Positions 59,823 through 64,000 of a stretch of DNA of 64,000 nucleotides are shown in pieces. Positions within the stretch are counted from its first letter, which is position 1. Each line of letters begins with the position of its first letter. Source of the stretch: Candidatus Hodarchaeota archaeon. Its GTDB lineage: Archaea; Asgardarchaeota; Lokiarchaeia; Sigyniarchaeales; SOKP01. The stretch lies in assembly GCA_048886685.1 (NCBI GenBank), contig JBHLKM010000012.1, positions 102,702 through 166,701 of the forward strand, given 5' to 3'. Under the pieces are notes generated by a model, which was not told where the DNA came from, searched no databases, and was given only the letters and a program-made list of their open reading frames with translations. Made by a program: the position numbers and the translations under genes.

Positions 59823-61595
59823 TTATATTCTTAATTTTCCGTCAATTAACTTCTGATGATAATTCTCTTCAAACTTGATATAAAGGCCCTTAATAGAATC
59901 CCAAAAGAAAAGAGGATCTCTTACTTTAGAAATATCATACCCTTCTTTGCGAAGATTCGTTTTTGTTATTTTTAAAGAACCTGTTAAAGCCAACTCTTCC
60001 CTGATCCTAAGGAAGATTGGAATGGAATATTTAGGCAAAGATTCCACAACGAATTTAGAAAAGTCCTCAATATCAAATTCTGATTCTGATTTCAACAGTA
60101 CCGAAGCCATTCCGGTTTTTCCTTCCGTGTTAGGTATAGAAACACCATATACAGCGCTTGTTTTGATATCAGGATGTGAATTTAGAATTGTTTCTATCTC
60201 CAATGTGGATACATTTTCTCCCTTCCAGCGATAAGTATCACCATATCGATCCCCAAATGAAAGCCAATTATTATCATGTAAGTGCATAAGATCCCCAGTT
60301 ATCATATAAGCATCATTCTCCTTAAAAACTCCCGTCAGCATTTTTTTGTTAGTCTCTTCTTTTTGTGTATATTTTTCGAAAGTATTATAATTCTCTACTT
60401 TCAGTAACAACATACCTATTTCCCCAGACTGACATTTGATACAAAAACCGGAATTATTTTTGTAAAATTCTCCTGATTCAGGATTAATCTTAATTAAAGC
60501 ATGAGTATCTGGGTTCATGCGACCTACCATTCCTGGGATCTCATCTGCGTTAAAAATAGGACCGAATGCTTCTGTAGCACCGTAAAACTCATAAATATGT
60601 TCGATATTAAACCTTGATTTAAATTGGTGCCAGATTTCTTCTCTTAATCCCATCCCGAGTAGTCTCTTAAGTGTATGATTCTTTTCTTCTTCAATCTCAG
60701 GTTGATTTAAGAGGTACCGCGGGATTTCACCAATGTATATTGTAAATGTAATCTTATATTTTTGCACATCTTTCCAAAATTGTGATGCTGAGAATTTCTT
60801 TTTAAGAACCATCGCAGCTCCAATGTGAACTGCCCCTACCCAAACCACTACTGCTAAAGAATGATATAAAGGTGTAGTTAAATAGACAACATCTTCAGAA
60901 CTTACTCGAGAAAAAGCATGCATATGGAATATTCCACCCCCTACTCCATTAACAATAATAACCGCTTTAGGAAGCCCTGTTGTCCCTGATGTATAAATAT
61001 ATACCGCTTTATCATCCGGATGGGAATTCATGGTTGTCTTGGGATTATCCCTCGAGACTGAATGTAATTCTTCTTTTAAAATTATATAATCATTATAATC
61101 ATGAGCTTTGGTTTGATGAGCATTAATAACAAAGATACGACTTTTTTTAATTGAGAGATCGGATATAACTTCATGTAGTGATGGTAAGTTGGTTCCATCA
61201 ACGATTATCCATTTGGGGTTAACAATATTTATAGCATGAACTAATGCTCGTTTTTTTTGATTAGTATTAACTAGGGCGCTAATTCCCTGTATTTTGTTTA
61301 TTCCTGTTGTAATAAAAAGATATTCAGGAGAATTTTCTAAGATCAAAGCAACAACATCTCTAGGTTTCAAACCTACACTAAGAAAATAATTAGCATAAGT
61401 ATTACTTTCTTCATTAAATTGCCTCCAGGTCCAGGATTTATCTTCGAAAAATAATGCTTTTTCATTTGGCATTTTTTTTGATGTATTTTCAATAAGATTC
61501 CCCACACCTATTAGAGAATTTTTCTCTGCTCTATCAAATTCCTCCAAAAATCTCTTCCTTACTTGCATTTCTTTTGGTGTTAGCTCCAAGGGCAT
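59823..61595 (-). CDS. Long-chain acyl-CoA synthetase (FATP/FadD6-like)
   Basis: YIYTSGTTGLPKA, EFYGATE, GDTYRWKGENVST; start at ATG 61595 behind AGGTGA (the longer ORF runs into repeat R6). Confidence 0.92.
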   Translation of the reverse strand: MPLELTPKEMQVRKRFLEEFDRAEKNSLIGVGNLIENTSKKMPNEKALFFEDKSWTWRQFNEESNTYANYFLSVGLKPRDVVALILENSPEYLFITTGINKIQGISALVNTNQKKRALVHAINIVNPKWIIVDGTNLPSLHEVISDLSIKKSRIFVINAHQTKAHDYNDYIILKEELHSVSRDNPKTTMNSHPDDKAVYIYTSGTTGLPKAVIIVNGVGGGIFHMHAFSRVSSEDVVYLTTPLYHSLAVVVWVGAVHIGAAMVLKKKFSASQFWKDVQKYKITFTIYIGEIPRYLLNQPEIEEEKNHTLKRLLGMGLREEIWHQFKSRFNIEHIYEFYGATEAFGPIFNADEIPGMVGRMNPDTHALIKINPESGEFYKNNSGFCIKCQSGEIGMLLLKVENYNTFEKYTQKEETNKKMLTGVFKENDAYMITGDLMHLHDNNWLSFGDRYGDTYRWKGENVSTLEIETILNSHPDIKTSAVYGVSIPNTEGKTGMASVLLKSESEFDIEDFSKFVVESLPKYSIPIFLRIREELALTGSLKITKTNLRKEGYDISKVRDPLFFWDSIKGLYIKFEENYHQKLIDGKLRI

Positions 61596-61685
61596 TTTCT
61601 CACCTGTTTTTAATATCGATTCTATGGATTTAATATAGATTATAGCTCCCTTATATTTAAATCCACTGAATAAAATAGAGATTAG

Positions 61686-61738
61686 TTTTTTCACTAAATT
61701 TTAATTGAAATCAGACGCTGAATTTACCTTTTACGAAA
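61686..61738 (+). repeat. Repeat copy R6 (5' core)
   Basis: ttttttcactaaattttaattgaaatcagacgctgaatttaccttttacgaaa. Confidence 0.85.
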
Positions 61739-62120
61739 TTTTTACCTTAACAATTTTTATTTCTTTTTTTTATAGATATTAAACGGGAGTTAAAATTATA
61801 CACTTGGATCAGTGGAGAGCCGTCTATATAAATCATTTTTTTCAAAAAGGCAAATACCAGGATAATGATAACTATAAAATTTAATTTTAGCTTTTAACTT
61901 AGATTAGGTTGAATTTTCAATATATTTTTCACACACTTTTGATAATAGGAAATTCACCAATTTAAAGTAATTAATATTTCCTCCTATTAATTAAATTTAA
62001 TATAATTGGTGGACAATTTTTTTTGTTAAAGATAATAAATAAATATTTGAACGGTGCATGCTAAGTTAAATTTACAATATGCAAGAATAAATGAAAATAA
62101 AATAGAGGAATGGAACAAGA

Positions 62121-63017
62121 ATGGGAATTATTTACAAATTTTATGAACCTGATAATGATTATGAGCAGATTCAAGCCGATTTATACAATAATGCCATTGG
62201 AAAATATGGAACCCCAGGAAATGCAACAGCTGACCAGATCAAAGAAAGATATAGGGTCGAAGGTTTTGATAATAAAGGTGTCCAATATGCATTTGATGAT
62301 GATAAGCCAATTGCATATATTCAAACAAGGAAAGTAGTCGAAACAAAACAGGTTTATATCGGATATCCTTGGTCAACAACTGATTGTCCTGAAGAAGTTA
62401 AGGATGAGATGTTCAAAAATATGGTAAATTATCTATATACACGTGATTCTGAATATAAAATAGTTTGCGGGGTAATCCAAGATTCCTGGACGGATGTACG
62501 GGATTTTTTAAAAAAATACAATTGTACTGTAGAAAACGAGTATAAAACTTACCTTTTGGATATTACAAACCTTAGTAAACTCGATAATAGTGGTTATACC
62601 TCTAAAATCGGAACTTCTGATGACGAGGAGGCACTTTTTGAATTATGCATGTCTGAACCCGGTTTCAGTGATACCTTTCCAAATGAAGAAGCAGTGAAAA
62701 TTTTTGTTAAAGACGTCCTTAAGGAACTTGAAACTATACTTATTTACAAAAATGATGAGTTAGTATCCTCTGGCGCAGTTTTTTCTTATGAACCAGATAG
62801 AAATAATATTATTAATACACGATTTACAGCTACAAGAGATTATAAGTTCGAGTATTGGAAGGCATACGTTATTGAAATAGCTAAAAGATTAAGAAAGAAA
62901 GGTTTAGATGGAATGAAATTTACCTTATTTGATCGTCAACCAGAATATTTAGAATTTTATGATAAATATTCTTCAGGTTCTAGGACTGGATTTATATATG
63001 CAGTTCCGAAACCTTGA
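62121..63017 (+). CDS. Hypothetical protein, possible tandem GNAT fold
   Basis: 298 aa, two-domain alpha/beta pattern; no clear acetyl-CoA motif A. Confidence 0.45.
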   Translation: MGIIYKFYEPDNDYEQIQADLYNNAIGKYGTPGNATADQIKERYRVEGFDNKGVQYAFDDDKPIAYIQTRKVVETKQVYIGYPWSTTDCPEEVKDEMFKNMVNYLYTRDSEYKIVCGVIQDSWTDVRDFLKKYNCTVENEYKTYLLDITNLSKLDNSGYTSKIGTSDDEEALFELCMSEPGFSDTFPNEEAVKIFVKDVLKELETILIYKNDELVSSGAVFSYEPDRNNIINTRFTATRDYKFEYWKAYVIEIAKRLRKKGLDGMKFTLFDRQPEYLEFYDKYSSGSRTGFIYAVPKP

Positions 63018-63185
63018 ACGCTTTGAAAAATTTTTCAAAACTCAATAATTTTTCTCTTCTTTTTTTTTCTTTAATAATATCTAAAAAGAGTGATGATTAA
63101 AAATGGTATAATCAAATCAAAATGTTAAATATTCATAACCTTAGGAGAAATCTCATTGATTACGGTCTAAAGATTTAAAATTTTT

Positions 63186-63280
63186 TTTTCAAAGGAATTT
63201 TCATTGAACTCAGACGCTGAATTTACCTTTCCATTCTAATTTCACAGAAAATTGGGATAAAATTTATAAAGACTCGAATC
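63186..63280 (+). repeat. Repeat copy R7 (most complete core plus 3' hairpin)
   Basis: ttttcaaaggaattttcattgaactcagacgctgaatttacctttccattctaatttcacagaaaattgggataaaatttataaagactcgaatc. Confidence 0.93.
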
Positions 63281-63310
63281 AGTTATAGAAATTTTATAAA
63301 CTTCATTTTC

Positions 63311-63829
63311 CTAAGCTAGGTTTTCTGAGTTATCCCAATACCATAAGTGATCGCAATAATCATCTCCCTGCATCAATGTCTTATTTCTCCTAAGCTTAAC
63401 ACATGGATTACACGCCCTTGCATAAGCATGATCAGGGTTACAGACAACAAGATACCCAATATCCTCGGCTTCAAGCTCTTTAAACACCTCAGCATCAAGA
63501 CACTCAGTAACATGCAATCCCAGTTCTGACTCAGTATCCTTCACGTATCTGATAGTTACCCTGTTCCTGATCTCAATGGACTCATTGTCCTCTTTCTCTA
63601 TCCGTATAAAATCAGCGAACTCGTTAACGGGTCCAATTTCTTGAAGCTCTTCTGTAACCCAATTAAACATGTCTTCATAGAAGGTTTTTTCAACGATCTC
63701 GTGAACCCTTGCTTTACCAATTGTCTTCTCCATTTTTCTAACAAGGAGCACGAGGGGACGGTATTTCTCTGTAAGGTATTCTTTGTAGGTTAGCGTCTTT
63801 TTGCCTCGGTTGATGATTGACTCACTCAT
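63311..63829 (-). CDS. L-2-amino-thiazoline-4-carboxylate hydrolase family (ATC_hydrolase) protein
   Basis: VTECLDAEVF...IGYLVVCNPD...LRRNKTLMQGDDYCDH; about 42% GC in two 60-nt lines counted. Confidence 0.85.
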   Translation of the reverse strand: MSESIINRGKKTLTYKEYLTEKYRPLVLLVRKMEKTIGKARVHEIVEKTFYEDMFNWVTEELQEIGPVNEFADFIRIEKEDNESIEIRNRVTIRYVKDTESELGLHVTECLDAEVFKELEAEDIGYLVVCNPDHAYARACNPCVKLRRNKTLMQGDDYCDHLWYWDNSENLA

Positions 63830-63880
63830 GATATTGTGAAGGAAATGTGTAAGTTATTCTAATAAGTCCAAAAGGAGTAA

Positions 63881-64000
63881 TTTCCTTAAAAGCCTTTGGT
63901 ACTATAATTTCGATCTAAGATTGTTTTCAAAGGAATTTTCATTGAACTCAGACGCTGAATTTACCTTTCCAACCCAATTTCAAAGGAAATTAGAATAAAA
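63881..64000 (+). repeat. Repeat copy R8 with left arm L2, runs off the window end
   Basis: 63924-63971 is identical to 63186-63233 over 48 nt; followed by acccaatttcaaaggaaattag. Confidence 0.93.

Noticed and set aside
59675-59878. 67-aa plus-strand ORF
   Set aside because: It reads through repeat R5 and overlaps the end of the synthetase gene; likely spurious.
61780-61920. Possible gene remnant on the minus strand (..YHYPGICLFEKNDLYRRLSTDPSV*); similarly a plus-strand frame at 55510-55590
   Set aside because: Short, no start codon and no recognisable family; cannot be supported without a search.
63223-63279. The repeat as a conserved micro-peptide (minus strand ...NF[IV]PI.CEI.MER*)
   Set aside because: No consistent start codon, substitutions are not biased to synonymous sites, and one copy has an internal stop.
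50481-64000. The repeats as a CRISPR array
   Set aside because: Spacing is 0.5-3.4 kb with whole genes in between, copies are degenerate, and no cas genes are present.
50481-64000. The repeats as canonical integron attC sites or SECIS elements
   Set aside because: No RYYYAAC/GTTRRRY ends and gene orientation is mixed; no adjacent gene shows an in-frame TGA needing selenocysteine.
1-64000. tRNA, rRNA, transposase or integrase genes
   Set aside because: No GC-rich structured RNA stretch and no ORF with DDE, HUH or tyrosine-recombinase motifs was recognised.

Overview
An AT-rich (roughly 30% GC by eye), gene-dense archaeal chromosomal segment that is almost certainly from an Asgard archaeon (Lokiarchaeia-like). 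It encodes three Rab-like small GTPases without prenylation tails, a profilin, several longin/roadblock-like domains, TPR proteins and an argS-speB-dys operon. From 11 to 27 kb lies an anaerobic redox cluster: a Tat-less reductive dehalogenase, a duplicated FAD-oxidoreductase/CCG Fe-S pair flanking a BzdNO/Hgd-type reductase-dehydratase set with its ATP-dependent activator, and a corrinoid protein plus methyltransferase. The most unusual feature is at about 50.4-64 kb. A non-coding two-hairpin repeat of about 100-150 bp (core TTTTCAAAGGAATTTTCATTGAACTCAGACGCTGAATTTACCTTTCC) occurs at least 8 times in the same orientation and separates units of 1-3 accessory genes, mostly hydrolases. The two best-conserved copies (48 nt identical) bracket a single gene of about 42% GC. 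Copies tend to decay leftwards, where gene remnants accumulate. This resembles a polarised gene-cassette array whose repeat is not an integron attC; no recombinase is visible in the window. No rRNA, tRNA, CRISPR array or transposase was recognised. Product calls come from motif recognition, not database searches.
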